Shown: positions 17,226 to 26,147, numbered from the stretch's first letter. The stretch: 32,000 nucleotides of DNA from Planctopirus limnophila DSM 3776 (GCF_000092105.1 NC_014148.1:1680001-1712000); one strand, 5' to 3'. Translations and numbers: made by a program. The notes: generated by a model not told the origin, from the sequence alone.

Positions 17226-17481
17226 CCGCCATCTCGACCAGAACGCTCGCCATAGTGATCACTCACCTCGGTTATTGCGGCGTTCACCAGCAAGCTGAAC
17301 TGCTTGTTCCAGATGACCCTTGACCAGGAAAGCGAGTGGGACGGCTTTCGAGCGACGAAGACGGCAATACGATGCACTCTCCACGCACTGCAAACCCCGA
17401 TAACAAACCTCAAATGGGTCAGACAATGGGCTGTTGACGAACTTGCAACTCGTGTGACGGAAGGAGTTTGTGTTGCTTCTC

Positions 17482-18732
17482 TTATCGATCGATCTCGCCC
17501 ATCACGATATCGAGAGAGCCGGCGATTGAGGGGATGTCTGCCAGGAGGACTCCCTGGCAGAGTTCGCTGATCACCGAGAGATTACAGAACGAGGAGCTTT
17601 TTGCTCGAGTCCGGAGAGGTTCGGCAGCTCCATTGCCGATGACGTAGAAACCCATCTGGCCGCGAGGGCATTCTGTTTCCAGATAAACTTCTGCAGCAGG
17701 AAGTTTGGTTGTCAGCCGATAGGGGACTTTGTGTCCGGCGGGATCCTGAGAAACTCCGCCAATCGTCCAAAGATCGGCTGCTTGCCTCAAGATGCGCATC
17801 GATTGTGTGACTTCCAGCATGCGGACATAAAAACGACACCAGTTATCCCCCACAATGACTTCGCGCGGAGCATTGCGAAAAGGGGCCGTGGGGATATCGA
17901 ACTCAAACTTTTCGTAGAGGGACGTATAGATTTTATCTCCATGACGACGAAGATCGAACTCCACTCCACTCCCGCGAAGCACGGGCCCTGAGCAGCCGTA
18001 AGAGATGGCTTTTTCGCGAGTCAACACTCCCAGGCCGGCTGTCCTTTGGACGAAGATATGATTTTCTGTCAGAAGTGTATGGTAGTCATCGATTCTGGGG
18101 CCCAGCCAATCGAGGAAGAGAATCACGGCGTCGACCCACGAGATCGTGGCACCCGCTGGCCTGCCGGTGAGCATCGCCAGACCAGGTGGAATCGGGATGG
18201 CTTCGGGGAGATCGTGAGTGACTCCACCCGGAGTGACGTAGCTGTAAGTCAGTCGAGCGCCGCAAACCTCTTCGAGCAGATCAAGAATAATTTCGCGCTC
18301 GCGAAACCCATAAAGAAAGGGGGTAAATGAACCCAGGTCGAGCCCGTAGGCACCCATCCCGAGAAGATGGCTGGCAATGCGGTTGAGTTCAGCGACAAAG
18401 ACCCGGATTAACTGAGCTTTTGGAGGAGCCACCTGCGACATGAGTTTCTCCACTGTCAGGGAGAAACCCAGGTTCATGTTCATGGCCGCGAGATAATCCA
18501 TGCGGTCTGTGTAAGGAACCCACTGGGGAGGTGCGAGATGCTCACCGATTTTTTCGGCACAGCGATGCAGATATCCCAGGTGAGGAATGACTTCGTGAAC
18601 AATTTCGCCGTCAGTTCGGAGTACAAGTCGCAAAACACCATGCGTGCTGGGGTGTTGTGGCCCCATATTGACCAGCATTTCGTCGGTGCGAACGTCAAGT
18701 TCGATAATCCTCTGGTCGGCAAATTGAGGCAT
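17482..18732 (-). CDS. nuoD: NADH-quinone oxidoreductase subunit D
   Basis: NMGPQHPSTHGVLRL and the C-terminal SLDIVMGEIDR. 416 aa. Confidence 0.95.
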   Translation of the reverse strand: MPQFADQRIIELDVRTDEMLVNMGPQHPSTHGVLRLVLRTDGEIVHEVIPHLGYLHRCAEKIGEHLAPPQWVPYTDRMDYLAAMNMNLGFSLTVEKLMSQVAPPKAQLIRVFVAELNRIASHLLGMGAYGLDLGSFTPFLYGFREREIILDLLEEVCGARLTYSYVTPGGVTHDLPEAIPIPPGLAMLTGRPAGATISWVDAVILFLDWLGPRIDDYHTLLTENHIFVQRTAGLGVLTREKAISYGCSGPVLRGSGVEFDLRRHGDKIYTSLYEKFEFDIPTAPFRNAPREVIVGDNWCRFYVRMLEVTQSMRILRQAADLWTIGGVSQDPAGHKVPYRLTTKLPAAEVYLETECPRGQMGFYVIGNGAAEPLRTRAKSSSFCNLSVISELCQGVLLADIPSIAGSLDIVMGEIDR

Positions 18733-18795
18733 GGCTTATGGTCTATTTCATGTCATGCGAATAGTCGGTGAATTGAAAAACGCGAATTGGCCAGA

Positions 18796-19335
18796 TCATC
18801 GTCCGCGAATTCCATGATATTCCAGCGGGAATTCATAATCTTTGCGAAGTGGATACCCTTCCCAGTCTTCTGGACAAAGAATCCGCCGTAAATCGGGATG
18901 ACCCTTAAAACGAATTCCAAACATATCGAAGGCTTCGCGCTCGTGCCAATTGGCCGCCAGCCAAAGGTCGGCAATCGACGGGATCTCGGGGAGTTCAGCG
19001 TCCTTGGACAGTTCATCTCCACCTGGTCGAGGCAAAATCACTTTCAAAGTCAGTGTCTGCCGACGAGAGAGTGAAAGCAGGTGATAGACGACTTCGAAAC
19101 GTGGGTCGGCAATGACCGGTTTTTTCCCTGCCGGGCTGAACCAGTCAACGGCTGTCAGATCCGAAAGAACATTGAACTGGCAATCCTGGTGATCTCGCAG
19201 TATCTGGCAGGCCTGGCGAAGGGCATGGCTCTTCAGTTCGATCCACGAGTCGCCGGTGGCGGCTTCAACCAGGCGGACGGAACCACCGGGGAGTTGTTGC
19301 TCTAGCAGAGCGAATTCAAAAGTCGGGCTGGACAT
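18796..19335 (-). CDS. nuoC: NADH-quinone oxidoreductase subunit C
   Basis: WHEREAFDMFGIRFKGHPDLRRIL and the following EDWEGYPLRKDY motif. 179 aa. Confidence 0.9.
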   Translation of the reverse strand: MSSPTFEFALLEQQLPGGSVRLVEAATGDSWIELKSHALRQACQILRDHQDCQFNVLSDLTAVDWFSPAGKKPVIADPRFEVVYHLLSLSRRQTLTLKVILPRPGGDELSKDAELPEIPSIADLWLAANWHEREAFDMFGIRFKGHPDLRRILCPEDWEGYPLRKDYEFPLEYHGIRGR

Positions 19336-19365
19336 CGGTCACTCGTACCACATTCAAGATGTGCA

Positions 19366-19926
19366 TTATCTGTGGGATGGATTGGCAATGGATTTCAATT
19401 CGTCAGCCCGCACCCAATCCAGGTCCCCCCGTTTCCAGAGGTAGGCAAACCCGACGAGGAGCACTGCAAAGAAGATGATGACATCAACAAATGACATCCA
19501 GCCTAATGCCAGTGCTGCCCTGGGATGCAGGCTGGTTGTTGAGGTTGCAGAATTTTGCTGAGAGGCTGAGGGAGAAAGTATCTCTGGAAAGAGTGTCGAA
19601 GTGAGATGATTGGCAGCGTCGGCAGAGATTGAAGTATCCGCCAGATGAATGGCTGAGCCGAACACCTGTGCCCAGGGGAAGAAGAAAACCAGTTCCACAT
19701 CGAACACGATAAAGAGGAGTGCAACGACATAAAATCTGAGATCAAACTGAATAAAGCTCGATCCGATGGTTGGTTCACCACATTCGTAGATATCGTCTTT
19801 GGCAGCAGAAGGTCGGTCAGGTCGAATCCATCTTCCGATGACCAGCGGGATGACAAAGAGCACAACGCCGCAGAGAGTGAAGATCAATAAATGGCCAGCA
19901 ACGTCTGTCATATCAGATAAGAACAC
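19366..19926 (-). CDS. nuoA: NADH-quinone oxidoreductase subunit A (with an extended TM2-TM3 loop)
   Basis: YECGEP...FDLRFYVVALLFIVFDVELVFFFPWA and C-terminal YLWKRGDLDW. The start is GTG 19926 or ATG 19911. Confidence 0.85.
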   Translation of the reverse strand: MFLSDMTDVAGHLLIFTLCGVVLFVIPLVIGRWIRPDRPSAAKDDIYECGEPTIGSSFIQFDLRFYVVALLFIVFDVELVFFFPWAQVFGSAIHLADTSISADAANHLTSTLFPEILSPSASQQNSATSTTSLHPRAALALGWMSFVDVIIFFAVLLVGFAYLWKRGDLDWVRADELKSIANPSHR

Positions 19927-19996
19927 TCGTCAGTGGAGAAACTGCCTGTCATCAACTGCAGGATTTCAGCCGGATTCGATCTAAGACGGATTCAAC

Positions 19997-20641
19997 CTAA
20001 ACGGAGGCATCACCGGAACCAGTATTGCCTGCACCCGTTTTGCCATGGCCTTCCGGGTTTTGCTGAGTTTCAGGACTCAGTGCATCTCTAGCTGGTAAGG
20101 AAATGCCTGATGGCGATATTCCAGAAGCTGAAATTATGACTGTGGGATCTGTCAGCCCTGTCGAAAGAGAGGGAGTGGCAATTTTTTCTTCAGTCTGAGG
20201 CTCTCCCTTCTGTTCCGCAGAGAGTGGAGAACGGATGTCCGCCAGATGACCGACACCATACCAGTGGGCAATTTCGGGCTCACCAATTTTCCACGAAAGT
20301 GTGGCATCGACACCATCAATTTTCGTCGGGAAATCAATCAGACCCACCGAGCGATCACGAACGACAATACCCAGTGCTTCCAGCTCGGCAACATAGCCTT
20401 CCAGGCGTTGTTCATCCTGAGCGAGGTGGTACTGAATCTGCTCGACTTCTTCCCGATAGGCCAGTGGAGCCGAGGAGTTGGCCCTGCGGTGCCGCGACTT
20501 CATCTCTTGCAGTCGGCTATGTCGAGCCAACAGATCTCGATGAAGTTCGACAATATCCTTCGTGATGGCCTGCACCAGCGGCATCGACTTCTTCGCAGAT
20601 GCGAATGTATATCGCCTGGAACGTGTGGCGGGTGCTTGCAC
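19997..20641 (-). CDS. DUF2203-family protein with a low-complexity C-terminal tail
   Basis: The pattern YTFASAKKSMPLVQAI ... LEALGIVVRDRSVGLIDFPTKIDGVDATLSWKIGEPEIAHWY matches my recollection of the DUF2203 (PF09969) core: G-x-x-KD...GL-DFP...LCWK-GE-I-WH. Confidence 0.6.
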   Translation of the reverse strand: MQAPATRSRRYTFASAKKSMPLVQAITKDIVELHRDLLARHSRLQEMKSRHRRANSSAPLAYREEVEQIQYHLAQDEQRLEGYVAELEALGIVVRDRSVGLIDFPTKIDGVDATLSWKIGEPEIAHWYGVGHLADIRSPLSAEQKGEPQTEEKIATPSLSTGLTDPTVIISASGISPSGISLPARDALSPETQQNPEGHGKTGAGNTGSGDASV

Positions 20642-20957
20642 GGGCTAACCCTCTAAAGACAGGGAGTAGGAAAACCAGAAATGTCGTCTGTCGTCCAATT
20701 CATTCGTTGATCAGTTGCCCGAAAATGTCCGTCGGGCCAGTTCGATCAATATTCATTCTTTCGAAAAGCTTCTTGGAATTGTACCTGAGTCTTCTCGTGT
20801 CGTCGGCGGTGCCTGAGCCAATTTGTCGAAGTTTTTAGGAATGTCGTGCTGTTTGATTCAGTTTCCAGATGATAAAGAATTCAATTTTGTTTTGAGAAGT
20901 GACCCGAGTGTCACTCATCGCTCTGCCGCGTAAGCAAATTGGCAGACAATGTTCATG

Positions 20958-21488
20958 CTAAGTCGTTGAAGATTCGCCTTTGATCCACACAGGTTCATCG
21001 ATCACTTTTGAGGCTGCTACTGCATTGGGTGTCAATGTGGCTCTTCCCCACGCAATTTCCAGGGGGAGCTTGGCATAGTCGACAACACAACCGTCTCGGT
21101 TGTAACAGCTCAAGTCGTGATTCGAGCCCATAAAAATACAATCGACAGGGCACGGATCCACACATAACGCACAGAACATGCATTTGGTGTAATCAATTGC
21201 GAATCCATCAACTTGAAAGCCCTTGCTTCCGGGAACTCGGGATTTGTTGATGTAGATGCAATCCACTGGGCACGCCACGGCACATTTATCGCAGCCGATG
21301 CATGTCGTCAGATCAAAACGATGGAAGCCCCTGTACCGTGCCTTGAGCGGGATGGGTTGCTCGGGATACTCATAGACTTCAGTGAAGGTCGGGCGACGGT
21401 AAGTCTTCAGCCACACTCGCAACGTGAGCCAAAGTCCCCGAATCACACTGCTGACAGCCAGCCAGACATTTTGTAACCAGATTCGCAT
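20958..21488 (-). CDS. nuoI: NADH-quinone oxidoreductase subunit I (2x[4Fe-4S] ferredoxin)
   Basis: Two CxxCxxCxxxCP motifs (CIGCDKCAVACPVDCIYI and CMFCALCVDPCPVDCIFM) and the NuoI-type N-terminus (GLWLTLRVWLK...T.EYPE). Confidence 0.9.
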   Translation of the reverse strand: MRIWLQNVWLAVSSVIRGLWLTLRVWLKTYRRPTFTEVYEYPEQPIPLKARYRGFHRFDLTTCIGCDKCAVACPVDCIYINKSRVPGSKGFQVDGFAIDYTKCMFCALCVDPCPVDCIFMGSNHDLSCYNRDGCVVDYAKLPLEIAWGRATLTPNAVAASKVIDEPVWIKGESSTT

Positions 21489-21747
21489 CCATCACCGCCT
21501 TGAGCCCGACCAGCCATCGCTCACCAGATGATTATAGGCCAGTGAGAAACTGTCGCAAGGTCAGGATCATTTCCCCCAGTCTCTCTCAATCCAATGAAGA
21601 GATTTCTCACTCACTAGAAGTTCGCGACATTTGCGACAAATGTCCAAAAGTGCGACTATGCCGAAAGACATTGCGGTACAAACGATTCCTCAGTTGACGA
21701 AGGAGTCACTCCGCAGTTCTTTTTGAAGTCGATGATTGGCACAGGTC

Positions 21748-22773
21748 ATGGATCAGCACTCATACACCACCCGACCTCTTATTGCCATCACGATGGGTGA
21801 CCCGGCTGGAGTTGGCCCGGAACTTTGTGTCCGATTACTGGCTCAGCCCTCAGTTCTTGAAGATAGTTTGCCGATCATCTGGGGTGATGCTGAGGTGCTG
21901 GAGGCGGCCGCAGCCAGTACGGGGCAGAAGCTGGCAACTCCCGTGATCTCATTATCAGAATTTACCAAGGGCATGTCTGTCACCGGGCCGACCGTGATTG
22001 ATTGCGGGGCCATTGAGCTGAGCCAATTCACGCCCGGAACTGTGAATGCTGCCACGGGTGATGCCAGTTTTCAGTACATTCAGCGAGCGATTGACGCTGC
22101 CCTTGCTGGACGGGTGGCGGCAATTACAACGGCTCCCATCAGCAAAGAGGCACTTCATCTGGCGGGACATCAGTTTCCCGGCCACACCGAGATTTTCGCC
22201 AGCAGAACTCAATCGAATCGCTGGTGCATGATGCAGTATTCGGAAGAAGTCGTGTGCACTTTCGTGACAGTCCACTGTGGGTATGCTGAAGTGCCGCAAT
22301 TGCTGAGCACTCAGCGAATTCTGGAAGTTATTGAACTCACTCACGAAGCGTTACTGAAAATTCGTGATCGAGTGCCAAAAATCCTTGTTTGCGGGCTGAA
22401 CCCGCATGCGGGTGAACATGGATTATTTGGACAGAGGGAAGAAGAACGCATTATTGCACCGGCTGTCGACATGGCCAGAAAGCAGGGGTTTTCGGTCGAA
22501 GGGCCACTCCCACCCGATACCGCATTTGTTCCAGCACGCCGACGCACTTCTGACGCAGTGGTCTGTATGTATCACGATCAGGGACATATCCCCGTCAAGG
22601 CACTGGCCTTTGATTCCGCAGTGAATACCACTCTGGGCTTGCCGATTGTTCGCACCAGTGTTGATCACGGTACGGCTCTGGACATCGCCTGGAAAGGTCT
22701 GGCGAATCCTGGCAGCCTCTATGCAGCCATCCGATTAGCAAACAAACTGGCGACAAAATCGCTCAAGATGTAG
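21748..22773 (+). CDS. pdxA: 4-hydroxythreonine-4-phosphate dehydrogenase
   Basis: IAITMGDPAGVGPEL, FPGHTE, GLNPHAGEHG, YHDQGHIP and RTSVDHGTA. ATG 21748 is preferred over TTG 21736. Confidence 0.9.
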   Translation: MDQHSYTTRPLIAITMGDPAGVGPELCVRLLAQPSVLEDSLPIIWGDAEVLEAAAASTGQKLATPVISLSEFTKGMSVTGPTVIDCGAIELSQFTPGTVNAATGDASFQYIQRAIDAALAGRVAAITTAPISKEALHLAGHQFPGHTEIFASRTQSNRWCMMQYSEEVVCTFVTVHCGYAEVPQLLSTQRILEVIELTHEALLKIRDRVPKILVCGLNPHAGEHGLFGQREEERIIAPAVDMARKQGFSVEGPLPPDTAFVPARRRTSDAVVCMYHDQGHIPVKALAFDSAVNTTLGLPIVRTSVDHGTALDIAWKGLANPGSLYAAIRLANKLATKSLKM

Positions 22774-23515
22774 TCATTGGTAACAGCCGTTCCGGAGCAA
22801 AGAGTTTGATGACGCAGTCGGCGATGCGTTCGTTATCAATCTCATCAACAGCCGAGACAGGCTGAGCACCCACCACAAACTGGGGCTGTTCATCGGGGAC
22901 ATGGTGCTGTGCCTGAGAGACTTCGATGGGCTTGTTTTCAAGTAGGCTCCACAATGCGGCTCCATCCGAGACAGCCCGGCTCACTCGTGGTGGCAGATGG
23001 TGCAAAGGTTTTTCCGCAGCAGGAACCCAGCCCGCAGCTCGATAGTTTTGCAGAGCCGCTTGAAGTGCGGGGACAATCTCTTCGATAAGAGTCACCTTCT
23101 GGAAATCGACCAGACCAAACAGGAGTGGATTGATGCGACCTTCAATCAGCGAGCGGGCATCATCCGAGAAGGCAATCATCGGTTTGCCCAGGATCCAAGC
23201 CATCGCCGCTTCGGAAACTGCACCTTCATCCGGGACGCGACCATTGAGATTCCACACGATCGCATCGCAGGCAAAGACGAGTTGATAGACATCGAGTGCA
23301 AAGATTGCGCTGTGGAGGAACTGACCAGCGACAGCTTTTTCGTATCCCCGAGCGATCAAAACATCCAGCACCAGGCGAAATTCCATGCCATCGCGATGAG
23401 GCAGGTAGACCGGATAGCCAGCTGCGTTCAGTCGATTGGCGATCGAGGTCATTTCCTCGCGTTCGCTACTGTTGAACAGAGGACCGGCACAATAAACTCG
23501 CGGGAGCACATTCAT
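22763..23515 (-). CDS. Nucleoside 2-deoxyribosyltransferase-like (NDT/Rossmann-like fold) protein with an uncharacterised C-terminal extension of about 100 aa
   Basis: VYCAGPLFNSSEREEM...GYPVYLPHRDG ... CDAIVWNLNGRVPDEGAVSEAAMAWILGKPMIAF follows the PF05014 pattern as I recall it: AGPLF, P.RD, and D.G...E.G.A...KP. ATG 23515 (MNVLPRVY) is preferred over the upstream ATG at 23581. Confidence 0.65.
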   Translation of the reverse strand: MNVLPRVYCAGPLFNSSEREEMTSIANRLNAAGYPVYLPHRDGMEFRLVLDVLIARGYEKAVAGQFLHSAIFALDVYQLVFACDAIVWNLNGRVPDEGAVSEAAMAWILGKPMIAFSDDARSLIEGRINPLLFGLVDFQKVTLIEEIVPALQAALQNYRAAGWVPAAEKPLHHLPPRVSRAVSDGAALWSLLENKPIEVSQAQHHVPDEQPQFVVGAQPVSAVDEIDNERIADCVIKLFAPERLLPMTTS

Positions 23516-23747
23516 CGACAGACTTTTCGCAAATTGTTTCTGATGAGAATACAGGTTGATCGATTCAATACCTTGCTTCAATTCAAAACCAGGGTTGAAG
23601 TCTTACGGCGATTCTCATCTGGTGATGTTGGCTGGAGTGGCAAGTCGTTATCCTGTGTAAAACACCTGACGGTGCAAACAAAGATGTTTTTGAAACTGAT
23701 GACGATTGTTGGCGGGCGGTCTTGTATCAGCAAGAGTAGAGCCTGCG

Positions 23748-26105
23748 ATGGCCGAGGCAATTGAGCGAATGTCGAAGAAAAACCGTGGTTCACGCTCGCC
23801 TCAACCGGCGCGATCTGTCGATTCCTCCCGATTGACTGGCAATGCAGCAACCTGGCAGCGTTTGCCGTGGCGAAGTTCCGGGGGGTGGCTGGGATTGGGG
23901 ATGATTGGCCTGGCCATGTGCCTGCGGGACTGGCTTGGCAGCCAGCAGATGGCGAGTCAATTTGTCAGTTTGGTGACCGCACAAAAAATCAGTCTGGCGC
24001 TGGGAGGGAGCCTGCAAAGATTCATTGATCCCAGTGGTTTGAAAGTCTCGTATGATGTGCCGTTTGCCTCGACAATGATCATCAGCAGTCTGTTTGTCGT
24101 GATGGGCTGGCTGGTTGGTGGCTGGCTGTTGCCTCAGACTCTGGAAGGAACGGAAACAAGTTTACCTCTGGCAAAATCGACAGGTAATGCCCAGCCCGGA
24201 AGATACTCACTCTGGGGGAAAAAGTTCGGTCAAAGTTTATCGTGGCTGCTCGTGTGGCAATTGTGCTGGACAGTCGGCCTGCTGACGGGTTGGGAAAGTC
24301 TGGTTGGGGTGGTCGAGGCGAATGCTTCCATGACCTTGGCACTCTCGCTGGCCTGTGCTCTGTGGGCCTGGTGGTCACTCGGTTCTGAGCAGTCTCGGGG
24401 CCATGAACAGTCGGCACAACCGGCCGTGCCGCCAAACGACACTGCTTCGCTCGCATCATCTGCTGAGAAATCGAGTTGGCGTTCGTTGTTGGCTTTGACA
24501 CTTGCCTACAGTCTGGTCTTTATCAGTATGAACTGGGCTCTCTGGTTCAATCTGAGAATTCCACATGGCGATTCGGCCATGTACGAAGAGCATTTGTGGA
24601 ACATTCTGCACGGAAAAGGCTTCCGCAGTTACCTCGATCAAGGGTTTTTTCTTGGTGAACATCTGCAGGTGATCCACCTGGGGTTATTGCCTCTTTACTC
24701 GATCTGGAAATCGCACCTTTTGCTGGAAATGTGCGAGACGCTGGCACTGGCTAGTGGTGCTTTGATCGTCTTTCAATTGTGCCTGGTTTCAGGAGCTGGC
24801 CGTCGCGCGGGATTCTGGCTGGGGCTGGCTTATCTGATGTATTTCCCCATGCAGTTTCTGGATATCGAAATCGATCTCAAGACTTTCCGGCCCGAAGCAT
24901 TTGGCATCCCGCTCCTCCTGCTGACACTCTGGCAACTGGAATTATGGCGGCTTGGCAAGGCGCCCATATGGCGCTGGCTGACCTGCCTGCTGATCACTTT
25001 GACGGTTAAAGAAGACTATTCGCTGATTTTTGGGCCGCTGGGCCTGTGGCTCATGGTGACTGTGGGTTGGCAGTCATCGGCAGTCATTCCACAAGAGGCA
25101 ACAAGCAGTCTCTGGCAGCGTTGCCAGCAGTCGTGCTGGAGAATGGTCAAAACCCCTCAGGGAATCGCTGGTGGGATCCTGTTGGTAAGCTCTGTGGTTT
25201 ATCTCCTTTTTGCGGTCAAGGTGGCGATTCCATTCTTCCGCGATGGAGAAGGCGTCCACTATGCCCGGTATTATGCTGAATTCGGCTCATCATTCACTGA
25301 GATTGCCTGGAATATGGCCACTCGTCCCGATCGAGTGCTGGGGCGGCTTTTGAACCTGCAGACCCTGATGTTTGCGATTTCTCTCTTGGCCCCACTGGGA
25401 TTTCTTCCTCTGTTATCGCCCAGCCGCCTGCTGGTGGGAGTCCCGTTGTTTGGTCTGTTGTGCCTGAACAACATTGCTCAAGACCCCCGGCATCAATTTC
25501 ATGCACCGCTGGTGGCCATTCTTTTGTGGGCGAGTGCCTATGGGATTGTTTCCGGTCGCGAATGGATTCAACGCATCCGAGCAAGACTGACAGCGGCAGG
25601 AGACTGGTCGATCCCCATTCGTCCCAATGAGAATTACGCTGGCTGGCAACCCGAAGGATTAGCGGTCTGGGGATTGGCCTGTGCCCTGCAAACTGGTCTC
25701 TGGTTTTCTCTTTCGCCTATGGGAGTCACGTTCTGGGATGCCAATTCGAACTGGTCGTGGCAGCAGCTCTATCGTCCCACGGAGCGGGCAGCCGCTTTTT
25801 CAAAAATTGCAGATCTGATTCCGGCCACTGCAAAAGTTGCCTCAACAGATTATGTCCATCCGCGTTATACTCATTATGAGCGATCGTATGATTACAGTAA
25901 GTATCCGCGGAAGGTGAGTGGGTACGAACTGCGTGTTCCCGAGGATACGGATTACATCGTGATTGACGCGCGTGGCCCTTACAGTGCGATCCACGAGCCG
26001 TCGCAAATTCCAGAATTTGCTCAGTATCCTGAGAAATGGGAACTCCTCCCGGACACGACAAATGGTTATTTTATTGTCTTGAAGAGACGATGGGAGTCTC
26101 CGTAG
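23748..26105 (+). CDS. Large polytopic membrane protein, DUF2079 family
   Basis: IPHGDSAMYEEHLWNILHGKGFRSYLDQGFFLGEHLQVIHLGLLPLY resembles the conserved DUF2079 segment. Many TM helices and a soluble C-terminal domain. The start is uncertain (TTG 23706, ATG 23748 or ATG 23769). Confidence 0.6.
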   Translation: MAEAIERMSKKNRGSRSPQPARSVDSSRLTGNAATWQRLPWRSSGGWLGLGMIGLAMCLRDWLGSQQMASQFVSLVTAQKISLALGGSLQRFIDPSGLKVSYDVPFASTMIISSLFVVMGWLVGGWLLPQTLEGTETSLPLAKSTGNAQPGRYSLWGKKFGQSLSWLLVWQLCWTVGLLTGWESLVGVVEANASMTLALSLACALWAWWSLGSEQSRGHEQSAQPAVPPNDTASLASSAEKSSWRSLLALTLAYSLVFISMNWALWFNLRIPHGDSAMYEEHLWNILHGKGFRSYLDQGFFLGEHLQVIHLGLLPLYSIWKSHLLLEMCETLALASGALIVFQLCLVSGAGRRAGFWLGLAYLMYFPMQFLDIEIDLKTFRPEAFGIPLLLLTLWQLELWRLGKAPIWRWLTCLLITLTVKEDYSLIFGPLGLWLMVTVGWQSSAVIPQEATSSLWQRCQQSCWRMVKTPQGIAGGILLVSSVVYLLFAVKVAIPFFRDGEGVHYARYYAEFGSSFTEIAWNMATRPDRVLGRLLNLQTLMFAISLLAPLGFLPLLSPSRLLVGVPLFGLLCLNNIAQDPRHQFHAPLVAILLWASAYGIVSGREWIQRIRARLTAAGDWSIPIRPNENYAGWQPEGLAVWGLACALQTGLWFSLSPMGVTFWDANSNWSWQQLYRPTERAAAFSKIADLIPATAKVASTDYVHPRYTHYERSYDYSKYPRKVSGYELRVPEDTDYIVIDARGPYSAIHEPSQIPEFAQYPEKWELLPDTTNGYFIVLKRRWESP

Positions 26106-26147
26106 ACCAGCTTTTCACTCCCTGAAAGTCTTTCCCAGGAGCCACAC

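Noticed and set aside
17226-17481. Possible small gene or sRNA in the 256-nt convergent gap between the SRAP gene and nuoD (ORFs 17304..17570 + and 17150..17413 -)
   Set aside because: Both ORFs run into the neighbouring real genes. They have no SD or recognisable motif, and no terminator-like structure is visible. Nothing here can be supported from sequence alone.
20805-20820. Minus-strand sigma-54-like sequence TGGCTCAGGCACCGCC upstream of the DUF2203 gene
   Set aside because: Only the GG/GC dinucleotides and their spacing are preserved. The -12 region (CCGCC) does not resemble TTGCW. Expected by chance.
20898-20915. Hairpin AGTGAC-ccgagt-GTCACT downstream of nuoI as a possible terminator
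   Set aside because: In the nuoI (minus) direction the stem is followed by an A-rich tract, not a U-rich one. In the plus direction there is no upstream gene to terminate.
22997-23764. 255-aa ORF antisense to the NDT-like gene
   Set aside because: It lies almost entirely opposite a gene with a clear family signature. Its own sequence is Arg/Ser/Phe-rich with no motif. This is a typical shadow ORF of a moderately GC-rich gene. The same reasoning applies to the other long antisense ORFs, for example 3002..3499, 9216..9701, 16695..17096, 24082..24501 and 30159..30641.
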